NCBI GenBank assembly: GCA_013239625.1
Contig: MU054338.1
Span: 1,738,001 to 1,802,000, forward strand
DNA from: Lama guanicoe
Taxonomy: Eukaryota
DNA length: 64,000 bases
Direction of reading: 5' to 3'
The translations under genes were made by a program, and so were the position numbers. Under the pieces are notes generated by a model, which saw only the letters and a program-made list of their open reading frames with translations, was not told where the DNA came from and searched no databases. Shown here piece after piece: positions 1-13,600 of this stretch. Numbering within the stretch: position 1 is the first letter of the stretch; every line of letters begins with the position of its first letter.

Positions 1-735
1 TTCAAATCCAATTCCTAGCTCACTTGCGGGGGAAGAATATGCCCTCCTAATCAGTCGCTTGACCTATGGAACAATAATAATTGCTCCTTCTCTTTGAACG
101 CCTTGCATAAGGCTAGGAGGAGAAATGATATTATCCCCATTTTACAGAGTTAGAAACTGAGTCTCAGAGAGGTTAAACCCAAAGTCATCCGACCAAGCCT
201 GTCTCATAATTTTCAGGGTTTCTTACTATCTAAACCCCTGGGCTTTGATTGTGAAATGCAGATTCCTGGGCCCCCATCCAGAACGAATGAACCAGGATCC
301 TGAAGAAAACCTGACCCCTGGAATGTTCATTTTGAACATGCTTTCCTGGTGATGTTGGGAAACCATTGGTATGTCTTCAAAATCATCCAGTTGTCATGGA
401 GAGGACAGTTTCTTACACAGGAAGATGGAGACACCATATTCTGAAACTTCAAGAACTTTGTGCAACACTGTTACTCTGTGATCTGAGCTGCTGGCCTCCT
501 AGTTGGGCTCCCCTGCCAGGGCTGCTGTCATCCCCACAGCAAACTCCCTGCTCACCTCCTGCAATGCACAAAGAACCAGGTGCCTGGGAACAGCACATCT
601 CACTCCTCAGCTCAGTCCCAGAGGAGGAATTACTGTTTGAATAAGGGTTGCATACTGGTGGCCCCTGGACAAGCTGTGGCCCAATATCCTGTAAAAATTC
701 TAACTGCGTTGCTGACATTTAAAAATCAGGATGTT

Positions 736-879
736 GGGGGAGGGTATAGCTCAGTGGTAGAGTGCCTGCTTAGCATGCACGAGGTCCTGGGTTCAATCCC
801 CAGAAACTCCATTAAGCAAGCAAACAAGAAAGAAACCTCATTACCTCCCCCCACCAAAAAAATTTTTTTTAATAAAAAT
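736..879 (+). mobile_element. tRNA-Ala-derived SINE (Vic-1-like)
   Basis: GGGGAGGGTATAGCTCAGTGGTAGAG...GGTTCAATCCCC A and B boxes, A-rich tail, degenerate TSD aaaaatc(a/g)ggatg. Confidence 0.9.
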
Positions 880-1024
880 AAAAATCGGGATGCTTCACAA
901 AAAGAAATCCAGATTTCCAGGTGTTCTTAAAAAGTCAGAAGAACTGGCGATTCCTGCAGCAGTTGCGTGAAGTGGCTGAGGGTACTTCACTCAAGGTTTC
1001 CTTAGTGACCCCAAAGACAGATTA

Positions 1025-1390
1025 GGGCAAGGCTGGGGCAAGGCAAGTGGGGTGCCCCAAAACAAATAAAAGCACTCACTATCAAGATAAACACTATGAT
1101 AATGCCATAGGTTAAAATTTCAAAATAAATACAGAAATAATCCATGATGAACAAAATATCAGAATTGTAAAGAAAAACAAGATCTGGTTCTGCACTTATG
1201 CAAACAAATCCCCTTGCTTTCCCTACTCCTGGCCCTGTCAGATCCTGTCTTTATTTCAAATATTTTGTTTTGTTCATCATGGCTTCCTTTGCATTAAATA
1301 TTGCATTAAAATAATGTAACTGAACATCTAAGGTTTTGGCACCAGTGGCAGGAGAGTACCTCGCTCTCCTCACCCTAGTTCCAGCCTTGC
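1025..1390. mobile_element. Non-autonomous DNA transposon (hAT-Tip100-like) with an internal palindrome
   Basis: GC-rich ends around an AT-rich core containing an inverted repeat at 1142-1282. Confidence 0.5.
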
Positions 1391-1705
1391 TTATAAATTT
1401 GCAAATCCCGTCCTGAGCCATTTAGCAGATGGAAAAACTGAGGCCCTGCAGTTTTCCCCTCAAGTAATATGCGGCTCATAGTGCCTGCATGACGCCTTCC
1501 ACTGGCTCTAGTAAGTACAGGGTCTGGCAGGGCCTGTGAGATTTCTTGCGGGGGCTCCATGGGAGGGGCCCTGAAATGTTCCCACGATGCCCAAGAGTCC
1601 AACTCTTCTCACAGCCCCATCCCTCACTTCCCATCCTTTGCAGGTGGCCAGCTGACCTCCCCACCCCAAAGAAGGCACACTGGTGCGGGAGGCAGGATCC
1701 ACGTC

Positions 1706-1711
1706 TTTATT
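1706..1711 (-). terminator. DIRAS1: Probable DIRAS1 polyadenylation signal (AATAAA)
   Basis: tttatt on + strand, about 2.3 kb downstream of the stop codon in otherwise GC-rich sequence. Confidence 0.7.
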
Positions 1712-4003
1712 GCAGGAAGACTATTTCTAGAGCGAATGCTACACAGACCGCACAATGGGGAGTTGGGGCACCCACATGCGAGGGGGAGGGGCAGGGCAGG
1801 GGCACACAAGCATGGCCTGGTACAGCCACCAGACCCAGGGATGCCGAGGCAGGACGGGCCAACAGCTGGGGCGGGCCCTGGTCCTCTCCTGCTGCGGAAC
1901 CCCTCTCTCCCCCAGGGTCGGGGCAGGGCCTAGGGCAGCAGAGGCCTGGAGGTGGGCAGGGCCCCAGGGAGATTGTGCTATCAGGGTGTGTCCCTGAGAA
2001 TGGTCCCTGCCCAGCCCCACTTTCTCCGGCACCTTCAGTGGGGAGGGGCCAACTCCAGTTGCTGGTGGGTCCTGGACCCATCAGGATAAAGGTACTCAGC
2101 TGTGCTTAGATAAGATGCTACCAGTTCTTCTGAGGGCCTGTCCACACGCCAGGTGGGGACACACGCATGCACGTGCACATATACACACAGTGTGTCCAGT
2201 AAATATTTGAGGAATGAAAAGCCCCACAAACACAGAGGGGAGAAAATACACTGCTACCAAGATGGACACAAACAGTCTCTCTTCCTACATAAAGCACGTG
2301 GTCACCTGGCTACAGCCCCGTGGCCTCTCTACCACACACGCATCTAGCTTCCTCATACCTAGGGACACCAGTGCTGCCCATAGCCCCAGGGAGAGGCCCA
2401 GAAGGCAGGCAGCTGAGCCCCCGTCCTAAGACCACAGGCAACTGAATGCTGCCCACAAGCACGTGAGCTGCGATGCAGATCCTTCCCCAGGCAGGCCTTC
2501 GGATGAGACCACAGCTCGGCGGTACTGATCACTGCCTTGTGCTGAGAGCATACATGTGTGCTGTTTCGAGCTGCTGAGTTTGTGGTTGCGTGTCGCCTAG
2601 CAACGGCTGGTGCATACAGGCTGTGAGCTGAGAGCCACCTCGCTCCAGAGTGAAGCCAGCGCGGTGTGCCTCAGACAGGCAGGACCAACAAGCCTACAGA
2701 GGATCCCCGCTAAATCACATCACCCTCCCCCCAAAATGCAGCTGCTCACGGTCGTATTCTCGCGGGTGCAAAGGCTCACACATCACAAGTGTCCAGTCTT
2801 GTTGGCAACCACGTGACCTGCCCATATGTTCACCCTACACTACACATTGACTGTCACACAAACACACACACACACAGGAGCCCCCACACAAGCTTAGACA
2901 CAAGCCATCCGCCCAGCACACCGAGGTGCCCAGTACGTCATCCCAGACCCCCTCCACCACTGTCACATTGCCACCCAGGCCTATAGGGCACCTTCATACT
3001 TGTCCCAGGTCCCACCGGTGTGGCATCATCTAGACACTCTCACAGAAGCACTTAGAATCTCACTGTGGTGGACACATCCTGACTCCAGGACACCCGCATT
3101 CCTGGGCGGTCCCCCCTGGGGCCCAAGAGGAGGGAGGAAGCAGGCCGGGCAACGGTCTGCCTCCAGCGACCCCCAGCACCTCGGATCCCTGCCCCGGCTC
3201 AGTGATGACAAGCTGTACCCGTCTCTGTCTGCACGCTGTGGTTGGGAAGCTCCTCCATATTTGCTCCGGACAGTCCCCTGGAGTTGTGCTGTGGCCATCG
3301 GCCAGTCCCGGGCCTCCCCTGCCTGCCCCCAGGCCCAGGCCGGGTGAGGAGTGGGACTCCGGGCCGGTGGAGCACTGCTGTGGGCCCTGCGATTATTGCC
3401 TGGCAGCCGGAGACCCAGCCCACAAGGATCCCACCAAGCTGTGGAGACTGAGGGTGAAGGGGGTGGTCTGGAACCTGGGAGGGGGAGGCACAGGCCGGAG
3501 GCCACGAGGGATGGAAGGGGGTGGATGTTAAACACCAAATAGGAGAAAACAAAGTCTGAAGTCCATGTGCATTTCCACTCCCTTCTCCCCATCAAGGTCA
3601 CAGTGATCTAATGAGGGGCAGGGTGCAGGTCCGGCTCAGGGTGCCCAAGGGAAGGGGTCAGAGGGGAGGGTCCTCGGAGACACCATGATCAGCATCTTCA
3701 GTTCTGACGGGGACAGGGAGCTTCCCCATTTTCCCATGTGCAGATCAAGGGGGCCACCTCCAGCACTTGGCTTTGGGGGTACAGACAGGATGGGGAGCAA
3801 AGATGGTGGGGAGGAAGGCGGAGCCGTGGGACAGAGCCGGGTTGGAGTCCCAGGTCTGCCATGGGCTCACTGGGGCCTCAGGTTCCCCGCCAGAGATGCT
3901 GGAGGAAGGAAGAGAAGTGGGAGAAATGAGAGGGAGAGGGGAGGAGGAGGACCACCGGGAGGCCTGGGCCAGGGCAGCGGGGCGCCTACGCGGGGCGCTG
4001 GGC

Positions 4004-4600
4004 TCACATGAGGATGCATTTGCCCTTGATGCGGTCTGTCCTCTTCTGTTTGCTGGAGCGCTTGCCGTCGATGTTGAGGCTCATGTTCCGGCGTGTCTCC
4101 AGCGTGAGCAGCTCCTGGAAGAGCTCCTTGACGTTGTAGTTCATCTTGGCCGACGTCTCCATGAAGGCGCACTTCCACTCCTGGGCCACGGCCTGTGCCT
4201 CGCGGGTGTCCACCTCCCGCTGCGTCTCGTCACACTTGTTGCCCACCAGCATGACCGGGATGTCCTCCACGCTGCCCTTGATCTGCACAATGAGCTTGTA
4301 GATGGGGCCCAGCTCCTCCAGCGACTGCTTGCTGGTGACGGAGAAGACCAAGATGAAGGCGTGGCCCTTGGAGATGGACAGCCGCTGCATGGCTGGGAAC
4401 TGGTGGCTGCCTGTGGTGTCGGTGATCTGCAGCGTGCACACGCTCTTGTCACAGCTGATGACCTGCCGGTAGGTGTCCTCAATGGTGGGGATGTAGGTGT
4501 CCCGGAACGTGCCCTTGACAAAGCGCAGCACCAGCGAGCTCTTGCCCACGCCGCCTGCCCCGAACACCACCACTCGGTAGTCGTTGCTCTGCTCAGGCAT
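4004..4600 (-). CDS. DIRAS1: DIRAS family GTPase 1 (Di-Ras1), single coding exon, 198 aa
   Basis: [24 protein letters not shown]...; P-loop GAGGVGKS, G3 DTTGS, G4 NKCD, G5 ETSAK, C-terminal CaaX CILM; neighbour of SLC39A3. Confidence 0.98.
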   Translation of the reverse strand: MPEQSNDYRVVVFGAGGVGKSSLVLRFVKGTFRDTYIPTIEDTYRQVISCDKSVCTLQITDTTGSHQFPAMQRLSISKGHAFILVFSVTSKQSLEELGPIYKLIVQIKGSVEDIPVMLVGNKCDETQREVDTREAQAVAQEWKCAFMETSAKMNYNVKELFQELLTLETRRNMSLNIDGKRSSKQKRTDRIKGKCILM

Positions 4601-4667
4601 CTTCTGTGCAGGGGAGGGGGTCGGGGCCGGGAGGGCTCGCGTGGGCTGCTAGAACCCCGGACCGACC
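4601..4667 (-). other. DIRAS1: DIRAS1 5' UTR part of the coding exon, following the splice acceptor
   Basis: Minus strand CTGACACTCCTCTCTGTGCAG|GGTCGG: branch-like CTGAC, pyrimidine tract and AG at 4669-4668. Confidence 0.7.
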
Positions 4668-7049
4668 CTGCACAGAGAGGAGTGTCAGACGCAAAGGCCA
4701 CTTGTAGGGAGGGAGGGGATGGGAGGGGCGGCTTCTCGGAGGAGGCGGCATTTCTCTTGTGGCCCCAGGGAAGACTTCCTGGTGGATTTGCCAGACTTTG
4801 TAGTTCTGTCCTGCATGCAGGCTCGGAGCCAGCCCCCTCTGCCTGCTTCCCTTGAAACGAAATCTGGGAGGAGATGGGGGATTCTGGGCTGGAAGAGGTG
4901 TGGAGATGCCAGCATGGCGTGCCCTCCAACTCCTTTCTCCACCTACACGCTCCCCTACGCCCTCCCATAGGCAGCACCAGCTTTTTTTTTTTCCTTCCTT
5001 CCCAGTAGGCCCGGCTCTGTGACCTGGGCACATTCATTTGCCACCCTGACCCTCAGTTTTCTCCTCTGCAGAATAAGTAAAATGGGGCCTCTCTCCAACA
5101 ATCACAGGCTCCCTGCTCAACCCCCCAGCCCAGAGGCTCCTAAACCTCAGGGGAGCTGTGTGGTGGGCTGTCTTTAAGATGCAGATTGCAGGGCCTCACC
5201 CCTGGAATTGGTGAACCCTTTGGTCCAGGGCCACAGCCCTATGAACCAGCATTTTAAAGCTGCTCCCCTCCCCTCTCTGCTCTCATCCTGGAAGTGTGAT
5301 CCTGGGGCCGGAGGTCAGAGAATTTGCAAATCTCAAAGCAGGTTTCCCATAGCAGCCCAGGCTGTAGATGAGGAAACTAAAAGTTAGCCTCAAGAGAAAA
5401 AGCCCCACTCCCTGAACGCCAAACCCAGGCTGTGGTCTGGCCCGCCCTGGCCTCCTGTTCGGGTCTGATGTGTCTGTAGGAACAGAATTCTCTGGGAGAG
5501 GGATTCAACAGAATTCCTCTCTTTCCTCCCCTGTGCTCAGAGAAGTCCAGTAACCTCAGGAGGTCACACAGCAGAGCAGATCCTGAAATGATGGAGGTGG
5601 GGGAAAACCGGGGGCTGGGGGTGGGAAGGCAGGAGGTCTGTCTCCAGCATCTGTGTCCTTATTTACAGAAACATGAGAGACCCCTTCTATGCCTCCTCCT
5701 CAGCCAACTCTGAGGGTCCTTCAGCATGGGCGGAGGGGGGGATGTCTATGGCGGGAGGGAGAAGAGAGGGCAAGATTGCGTCCTGGCCATGCCACTTCCC
5801 TCAGGTGTGTGTGCGGGAGTGTGAGCAAGATGCGACGGTGTGAACCTGGCAGTGAAAACCCAGGCAAGTCAACGGTGTCCCCGAGCCTAGGTGTCCTCAG
5901 TGAAGACAGACGGACATGATAAGGGCCCAGTGTATAAGGCACTCGGCTGGTGGTGGGATGGGAAGTCACATTCTGACCGATCAAAAGTATCAGGTTTGTT
6001 AGAAAAAGACGTACGATGAAGGTAATGGCCGACACGTACCCAACAAGTAACGTGCCCAGCAAACTTGCGGGAGGGAGCTTTAGCGGTTCTAACTCACGGC
6101 GGACCAGTAGGCACATCGGTGACATGCACAGCCTGGGAGGAGGTTGGGGGGGTGGCAGGGCTGCCAGTCTGCTCTGCAGTCACTGCCCTTTCCTGGGCAG
6201 GCACCCCGAGAAGCGGGTACACCAGTGTGCAGCCAGGCACTGCTGTGACCGGCTGGGGAACCTGGGCTGGCTGGTCACCATCCAATATGCCGCCCCAGAC
6301 CCAGTGCTCATCTTGCTCTGGGCACAGACCCCCAGGCACGGCTCCAGGACTTCAGCAGGGTGTCTTCCAGGAGGGGATCCCCGACTAGTAGCCCTCATTC
6401 AATAACCCCCAAGCCCATACTGGGAACCCACTGGGTGCCGTTTGAATCCCACCCTCTCCTCCCATGGGCTGGGGGAGGGGGAGGGGTCGTGAGCACCGAG
6501 GCTCAAAAGGGGGTGGCATGGGCTCAAGGTCACAGCAGGGAGGTGGCAGAGCAGAGCAGGATTTGAACCCAGCCCTGGTTGGTTACAAAACTGGGAGTCC
6601 TTCCGCTGTGCAAAGCCGACCATCCTGAGACTGCCGGGCCAGGCAAACCTCCCCATCCTGGGTCCCCGGAGCCCAGTGCTGCCAGGAGGTTGGAGCGATC
6701 TCAGGTGCAAGAAAGCAGGCCCTGACCCAGGGGAGGGCCTGGGGGCACAGGAGGCCTGCCCCAGACTCTGACCTAGGGACCCCCTGACCAGTGAGGGATT
6801 GATGAGCCAGGGCCTGCTCTAGGAGGCCTGTGGGAGGGGAGGGACACCCCGGGGGCCAGCCCATGGGCTCCCCTCGGCCCAAGCAGGATCCAATTGGTGG
6901 GGGAGGGGGAGCCCACCAGGGGAGGGGCTCCTGGGTGAGCGGCTTGGCTTGGCTGAGGGAGCGGGAGGACGAAGGGGATGTGTGGTGGGGGCAGACGGGC
7001 CCAAGGCCCACCTGACTCCTCGTGAAGGGGCCCTGAGAGCGGACGGAGA

Positions 7050-7560
7050 GTGAGGCTGCGGTGGGCCGGAGGAGGGGCTGGCTGGGCTGAAGAGCTCCCG
7101 GTTAGTACGGTGGGGGGAGGGGGGCGGCAGGGAGGGAGCTGTCCAAGGTGGGCGCGCGGAGGACGGCCGGGCCAGGGACCCGCCGGGCTGGGGAGGGGGT
7201 TCCGGCGGAGGGCTCGGCGNNNNNNNNNNNNNNNNNNNNNNNNNNNNNNNNNNNNNNNNNNNNNNNNNNNNNNNNNNNNNNNNNNNNNNNNNNNNNNNNN
7301 NNNNNNNNNNNNNNNNNNNNNNNNNNNNNNNNNNNNNNNNNNNNNNNNNNNNNNNNNNNNNNNNNNNNNNNCGCCCGTCCCCGCCCGCCGCCGGGCGCCG
7401 CGCTCCGCCCCTCCCCCGGGACCCGCGCCCCCGGCCAAGGTCAACGCGACCCCGCGCCCCGCCGCGTGCGTGCAGCTCCTCTTGGACCCCCACCCCGGGC
7501 CCCTGCCCAGTACCCCCGCCAGGACACCGCTGGGACACCTCCGGCACCCCACCTGGTGTA
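7050..7560 (-). promoter_or_regulatory. DIRAS1: CpG island, probable DIRAS1 promoter and first exon
   Basis: Dense CpG and GC boxes (CCGCCC), CCAAGGTCA nuclear-receptor half-site at 7435-7443; interrupted by an N gap. Confidence 0.75.
7220..7371. other. Assembly gap (152 N)
   Basis: Run of n bases. Confidence 1.
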
Positions 7561-10500
7561 CACACGGTCCTGCCGGGGGCACAGTGGGATTGGGGTCTGC
7601 TTATCCACGAGTAAGCTGGCTCATCCCAGGGTCACCCAGCAGCCAGCGGCTGGGGTAGAGGGGTGCAGAGCTCAGGTCAGCAAGGAGCAAAGAGAAGGGG
7701 CCAGTTAGCAGAACTGCAAATAAGGGGACTGGAGGGCAGAATGAGATACCCTTGGGTTGGTGGGGGTCGTGTTCCAGCACAGGACCCCCCATGGGGGAGG
7801 GTGCACTGGCAGAATAAACAATCAATCAATCTGTAAACAGATGTATGAGAAGGCAGAGGTGGTCCAAAGGGGCGTGTGGCAAGGGGGTGTACCTGGAGAC
7901 TGGTCCCCATCCCAGGGCCTTCGTCCCTGCAGGGGTGGGACCCGGTGTGGGCTTGTGCCCCTAAGGGGAGTCCACTGAGGCAGAGTCTGGAGGGGCATTT
8001 GAAGGTCGAGCGGTAAACAAAGGGGACCAAGGGGTCTGGGTTTGCAATCTTCTGGTAGGAAAACAGTATCTTCCTCAAAAAGGAGTTGTCTCTAAGAATA
8101 AATGTTTGCCTTTGGGAAGCATCTGTGCATTTGATGTCTGTGTGTCCACATTTAAGCTAACAGGATACCATCACCCCTCCCTCCTGAAGACTCAGAGGTC
8201 AGAGACGCATCTCAGAGAAGATGGGGCTTTGGGGAGCAGCAACAGGACCAGGGGTGAGTGTGAGACTGCCCCAGGGCCCAAGCCTGTTAGAGGAAGGTGC
8301 CCTTGATGGGGAGGCTGACACTTAGGCCCCACAAGGAGGGTCAGAGCAGCTGGAGGGTGAAAGAGGTCCTTTGTCAGGTGGTGATCTCCCTGTCACGAGG
8401 TGCGTGAGCAGATGGTGGGCTGGAGTCCAAGGGCCCCTCTGGCTCTTGGCTCCTTGAACCTTGCTGATCCACCATCCCCGTGGCTCTGGCTGGGATAGAT
8501 CCTTCCTGCTTCCTTGGCGATGTGGGCACTGCCCCCAAGACCACCTGGTTCCTGCAGAGGCTGGTCCCCTGAGGTTCATCTGCTTCTGGGGCTTGAAGGG
8601 CCCCATTTCCCTCTGATTCAGCCCCTCCACTGCACCCCCGGCCACTTGCACCTGGACCATCCCACCTGCCTCCTTCCTGGCCTCCCAGGATTGCCCCTCC
8701 AGCCCTCCTTCCACCCTGGAGGTCACTGCTTAGCCTCCTTTACTCCAAAGCCGCCCGTGGCCTCCTGACTTCCAGGTCAGGGAACAGCTTCTCAGCCTGG
8801 AGTTCGAGCTCCTCCGGACCCCACCTGAGCTTGCCCTGGTTCCCTGTCCAACCCCGGCTGCCTGGAGCTGTCCTGCAGGCACTGCTCCCTCCAGCCTTAT
8901 CCTAGGCCCCATGGGGCACCACAGAGGGTTGCCTGGCTCCGGCCCCGCATCCCAAAGTGCTCTCAGCCAGAGATGGAGACAGCTTCGTGGGCAGACAGGT
9001 CCTACATTCTGGTCTGGATCGCAACGTCCCAGCTGAGGGCTCCTCTGAGCCTCAGTTTCCCCATCTGTGAATGTAGATCACGTTGTCTAGCCTCTCAGGG
9101 TCACATGGCATCCATCTTGTGGGGCTTTCCAGCACCCAGGCTCTTAGAGATGACAGACCCCTCCCTCCCACTCGGATCGCCCGCCTGCCTCTGTGATGGG
9201 CGGCTCTGGGCCCAGCCTCGGGCCTCTGTCCAGCCCCCTGGCTCCTCCGGGCGCCAGCCCAGGCCGGAGCAGGCTGACTCATGCATAGGAGCGTGGGCGC
9301 AGGCAACAGTTCCACTCTGCGTCTGCTATTTATAGCTCCAGGGCAAGCTCTCAGCCCTGTGAGCCTGGGGAGGGCGGCCCCAAAGTCTCCTCCTCACTCT
9401 CCCCAGGGCACGGGGCCCAATCCCCACCCGAGCACCCCAAACCAGGGTGGCAGCCCTGGCCTTCGTGACCCTGTGGGTTATGCTGGGTATCGCCAGTGCA
9501 GAGATGGAAATTGGCTCGCTGGAGGCAGAAGCTGGGCTGGGGCTGGAGCCTGGGTCCATCAGGCTCTGAAGCCACAACCCAGCCTTCCTGCTGTCCCTGG
9601 CAGACCCACACCTAGCTGTCCCCATCCCTGATCTGCAGGCGTCCTCTTCAATGCAGAGGGGCAGTCACTTACCTGCAAAGTCCCAGCTCCTCACCTGGCC
9701 TTGAAGCCCGTGGGCCTCCTCCCCACACCACTCTGGGCCGGAGCCGGAGAGTGCTCTCCAGGCCCCCCGTGCAGGGAGGAAGGCAGCTCTGCTCTTTCTG
9801 TGCCCCCTGGATTAATACAATTATGTGAGCAAAGTTGAGGCTGAGCGCCATGGCCTCTCACAGATGCAGTTTGGCCCACAAAGGTTTTCTGTTTGTTTTT
9901 AAGTTTGGCATCAACATTTAAAAATAAGAAGATCGTTTGTCAAAACATAGTTTGCCTTGGAAAAAGGAACGGGCTGGCATCCTGAGCCCAAATTCTGCCC
10001 ACCAGCACCTGCGGGAGCTGGACCCCAGCCTACAATGGGAGATGCTGGTGCTGGTCCCTCCCTGAAGCCACCTGTCTGGCACCTATGGGTGACCTGAGGT
10101 GCCCCTCCACCTGGGGCTGTATTGTCATCACCACCTCTGAGGAGCGGGGTCACTGAAGGCTTCACCGTTGGCAAGATGAGCCCCTGCCAAAAACGCTTGG
10201 AGCTTTTAACAGAGAGCCAGGGTAGCTTTGATCAGCCACAGAAAATGACTGTGATGTGCAGGGAGACCTCAGGGCCTTTGCACAGGACACTCCCTCTGCT
10301 GGAAAAGCTTCTCCCCTACCTTCTGACTCCAGTGAGGCCCTCAGATATATCCTCCCTGACCATAATGCTGAAATAGTCCCCGCCTCCCTTTGTGACTTTC
10401 CCTTCATCTGGGTTTTTTCTCTCCAGGGCACTTATTGCATGTGTGTTGATCTATCATGTCACACTGGACACAAGCTGTCTTAGGTTCTGGGGCTGGGGGG

Positions 10501-10670
10501 GTCTCACTTGGGTGTGACCTTGCTCCCAGGGGACACTGGGAGATGTCTGGGACATCTATGGTTGTCATGCCTTGGGGGGGTTTGCTCCTGGCACCCAGTG
10601 GGTGGGGCCGGGGTGCCGCTCCTTACCCCCCAGCACCCAGGACACCAATCCTCCCAGGATGACCTGTTCC
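10501..10670 (+). mobile_element. MER20-like hAT element; further copies near 16770-16930, 41940-42080, 43610-43720, 43945-44110, 46130-46310, 50225-50410 and 51510-51680
   Basis: ccccaggggacac...gatgtctgggacatct.tggttgtca motif shared by the copies. Confidence 0.7.
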
Positions 10671-13600
10671 CATGCCAGCAGGGCTGGGGGGGACCTGAAG
10701 GAGGGCAGTGGGTCTCAAAAGGGTCCCCAGACCAGGGCGGCAGCATCATCTGGGAGTTTGGTAGAAATGCGAACTCTCCAGCCCCACCCCCAGCCAGGAA
10801 CGCTGCTCACATTCTGCCAGGCACAGCACTGGGCAACAGGGTCCCTGTTTTAGGGGCCAGCTTGTCCGCCTCAGCGGCTGGACCCGAACTAGCTCAGGGG
10901 GAGGCCCACCCAGTCCCTGGAGGGAGAGGGCCTGTGAAGCTTCCATGTTCTTTGCTCTAAATGTGGCACCTCAGCTGGGCCTCCCAGGCACTGAGGAATC
11001 GGGAGCTCCGGAGGGCCCACCTGCCCATCCCATTTTCTCCTGCCAGGCTGAGCACACAGCAGTCACTTCGGCCCGTGTCCAGAACTTCACAGCCTGCCAG
11101 GTCAGCTGCTTCTGCCCTGGGAGCTGCAGAGGCCTGGGGGGGTCAGGTTGGGGATAGGAGAGGGGTGTCTCTCTTCTCCAGCCCAGTCTGGCCTCAGCAC
11201 CCTAAATGGCCCGAGAATTCTAGGGTTTTCCCACCACCACCCTCACGCCCTGCAGCAGCCCCCCTCTGCTGGAGTCCCGGCCTAGTCCCGGCCTGCAGGC
11301 GGCTCTCGGAAGGTCAGATGAGTTGGTCGCTGGCTCTGCCCCCAAGCTGACAGACAGCTCAGGCTGGGACAGGTGGGAGACACACCCTCTCTTCCCGCAG
11401 GGCCGAGGGTCCAGAGCTGGCAGTCAGGGCAGGTCGGGAGGCGCTGTGCTTGCAGGGACACACCATCCCATTCGCCTGCTTTTCGGGGCCCCAAGGACTC
11501 AGCCAGGCTGGGAAGAGGCGCTCCCCAGCCCAGCCCCACACTAATAACTTCTCCACCAGAAACGCAAACAGCAGACAACAGAAGCCGAGACACGCTGTTA
11601 TTACGGTTGATTCAATCTGAGAGGCCTGGGTGCCGCCTCCTAATTTTCTCCTCTTTTGTTTCCAGATCAGGGAGGGGAACCCAGGCGACTCCATCCAGCT
11701 GTCGCCTGTGCTGTGTGCCCTGTCTCCATGCCACTCGGGCACCGCGGAGGGCGGCGGGGCCGGGCCGGGGGCTCCCTGGTGAAGGGCGACGCTCCAACAG
11801 GCTTGGCGGAGGACAGGACCCAAGCCCCACACCAGCCGTCCCGCTACAGGGCTCTGAATGGCGCCCCCGCCCTGTGCTCCCACAGTCATGCTGCTGGGAG
11901 TCTGCCTGGCTGAGGCCTAGGGAAGTCCAGGGCCAAGCAAGTGGCCACGGGTGGCCCTGACCCAGCAGGGCACATCCGGATAAAGGCAGTGCTTGCAGTT
12001 TTGTTTTTTCCACAGAAAGGCATTTGTGCTACTTGGGAACACCCTCATCCAAGTGAAGGTAGCTGTGCCTGGTCTTTGCCAAGAGTGTCAAACAGTCCAT
12101 CAGCAGGTGTCCGCCTCCCTCTCCTCAGTCTCTGCCTTGGACACGCACACAGAATCTCAAAGCAGCAAAACATCCCTAATGGTGCAGTTGCACAGACATA
12201 CATGAAGGCTTTCCTGGCTGACGACAGGGATGGTCCTTGGCCTCAGGCTGTGACCAACCCGCAGTCTTATTCAGCCAGAGCTCCTGTCATCACGTGTCAG
12301 CGGAGAGGGCATGGAGCCTCTGAGCTGGCCTCAGATGACCCTGGTCTAGGCCAGATATGACCACTCCAGGCCAGGGGACCTCAGCAGTGAGGCTGGCTTC
12401 TCCAGGGCCTCTTTCAGATGGGACAACCACGCATCTTCTTACCCCCACATGGAGACACGTTGATCCTTGCCCAAAGTGGGGAGAGATGATGGAAACCAGC
12501 CAAACCACCATGACCCCTATGGCCCCTGGAGGCAGATCCCAGAGATGACACTTTTCCTCTGACCACAGCAGACAAGAGGGGTGGCCTTGGGGGGCCAGGA
12601 GACAGCCTGTGTGCAACCCCCCAAGCTTCTTGGGGTCGCAGCACCCCCAGGGGGCCTGGAAGCAGTTTTGCTGGGGCTGGTGGGACCCTAGAGCCAAAGC
12701 CTGGCAAAGAGGTCAGGCAGCTGCAGGCACACAGGGAAACGGGCAACAGGCGGGGGCACTGGGGTTTCCCCTCCTTGCTGGTGTGGGAGCACTCCTCCTG
12801 GTCCAGAAGCTGGCTTACAGTGAGGGGGGATAACATGGCCTTGAAGGCTCCAGCAGGGGGAAGGGGGGGTGTGGGGACTGAGGGGAGGACAGGCTTGTGG
12901 TATCCCCAAGGCATTCCAAGAAGCTGACGGCTGGAGGGTCAGGACCCTGCTGTGTGTGTGCTTTAGGATCTGGGAACCTTTGGGGCAGACTGCTCTCCCC
13001 CCACGGCGGGGTTCCTGCTGGATGCGGCGGGACAGGGGCCCCTGAGCCTTCCTGCGTGGGATGCTCTGTCTCCACCTCGCTCCCGCCCAGCCCTGTTCCA
13101 GAGACCACGTCCCCCCAGCTAAAGGCAGGCTCTGGATCTGGTGGCTCCAGTGTCCTGAGTGTCCTGCCCACCAAGGCAAAGGTGGAGTGATGTGGGTGCA
13201 GGCGGACGCCAACAATGCCGGGTTTAGGACAAGGTGGATGTGAAGTTCCCACACCTACAGAGGTCACTTTCCCGGCATAGGGACAGGGTCAGGCCATGTG
13301 GGGTTCACAGTGGGTCCTGGTAAATCATACAGAAGTTCCTGGAAGCAGGCCCAATTACTTCCAACAGCATCGGGGCGGGGGCCCAACAGAGCAGATGGGG
13401 GCCTTGGACACATGGCCCTGCTTCCCGAGAATTGCAGCAACATGGAAGGAGGCGGGGGCCAGGGCCAGGGTTGTGTGCTCTTGTGTCCGGTGCTGCGGCT
13501 GGCTAGCACCTGGGGTGCCCCTGGGACAAGACCCTAGAACCCCCACCAGGCCGGAGCCACAGGCTGGAGGCCTTTACAAACCCAGGGCTTAAGGTGGAGG

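Noticed and set aside
736..810. tRNA-Ala gene calls for the SINE heads
   Set aside because: Altered acceptor stems, A-rich tails and TSDs mark them as retroposed SINEs
4004..4015. DIRAS1 CILM tail and DTTGS G3 motif as novelties
   Set aside because: CILM is still a normal CaaX box and DTTGS is a known Di-Ras family feature
3767..4855. 362-aa ORF antisense to DIRAS1
   Set aside because: Mirror frame of a GC3-rich CDS, no ATG start and no recognisable domain
5920..6140. Odd CpG-containing stretch in DIRAS1 intron 1, considered as a foreign insert
   Set aside because: Resembles a heavily decayed MIR-type repeat; no coding signal or boundaries
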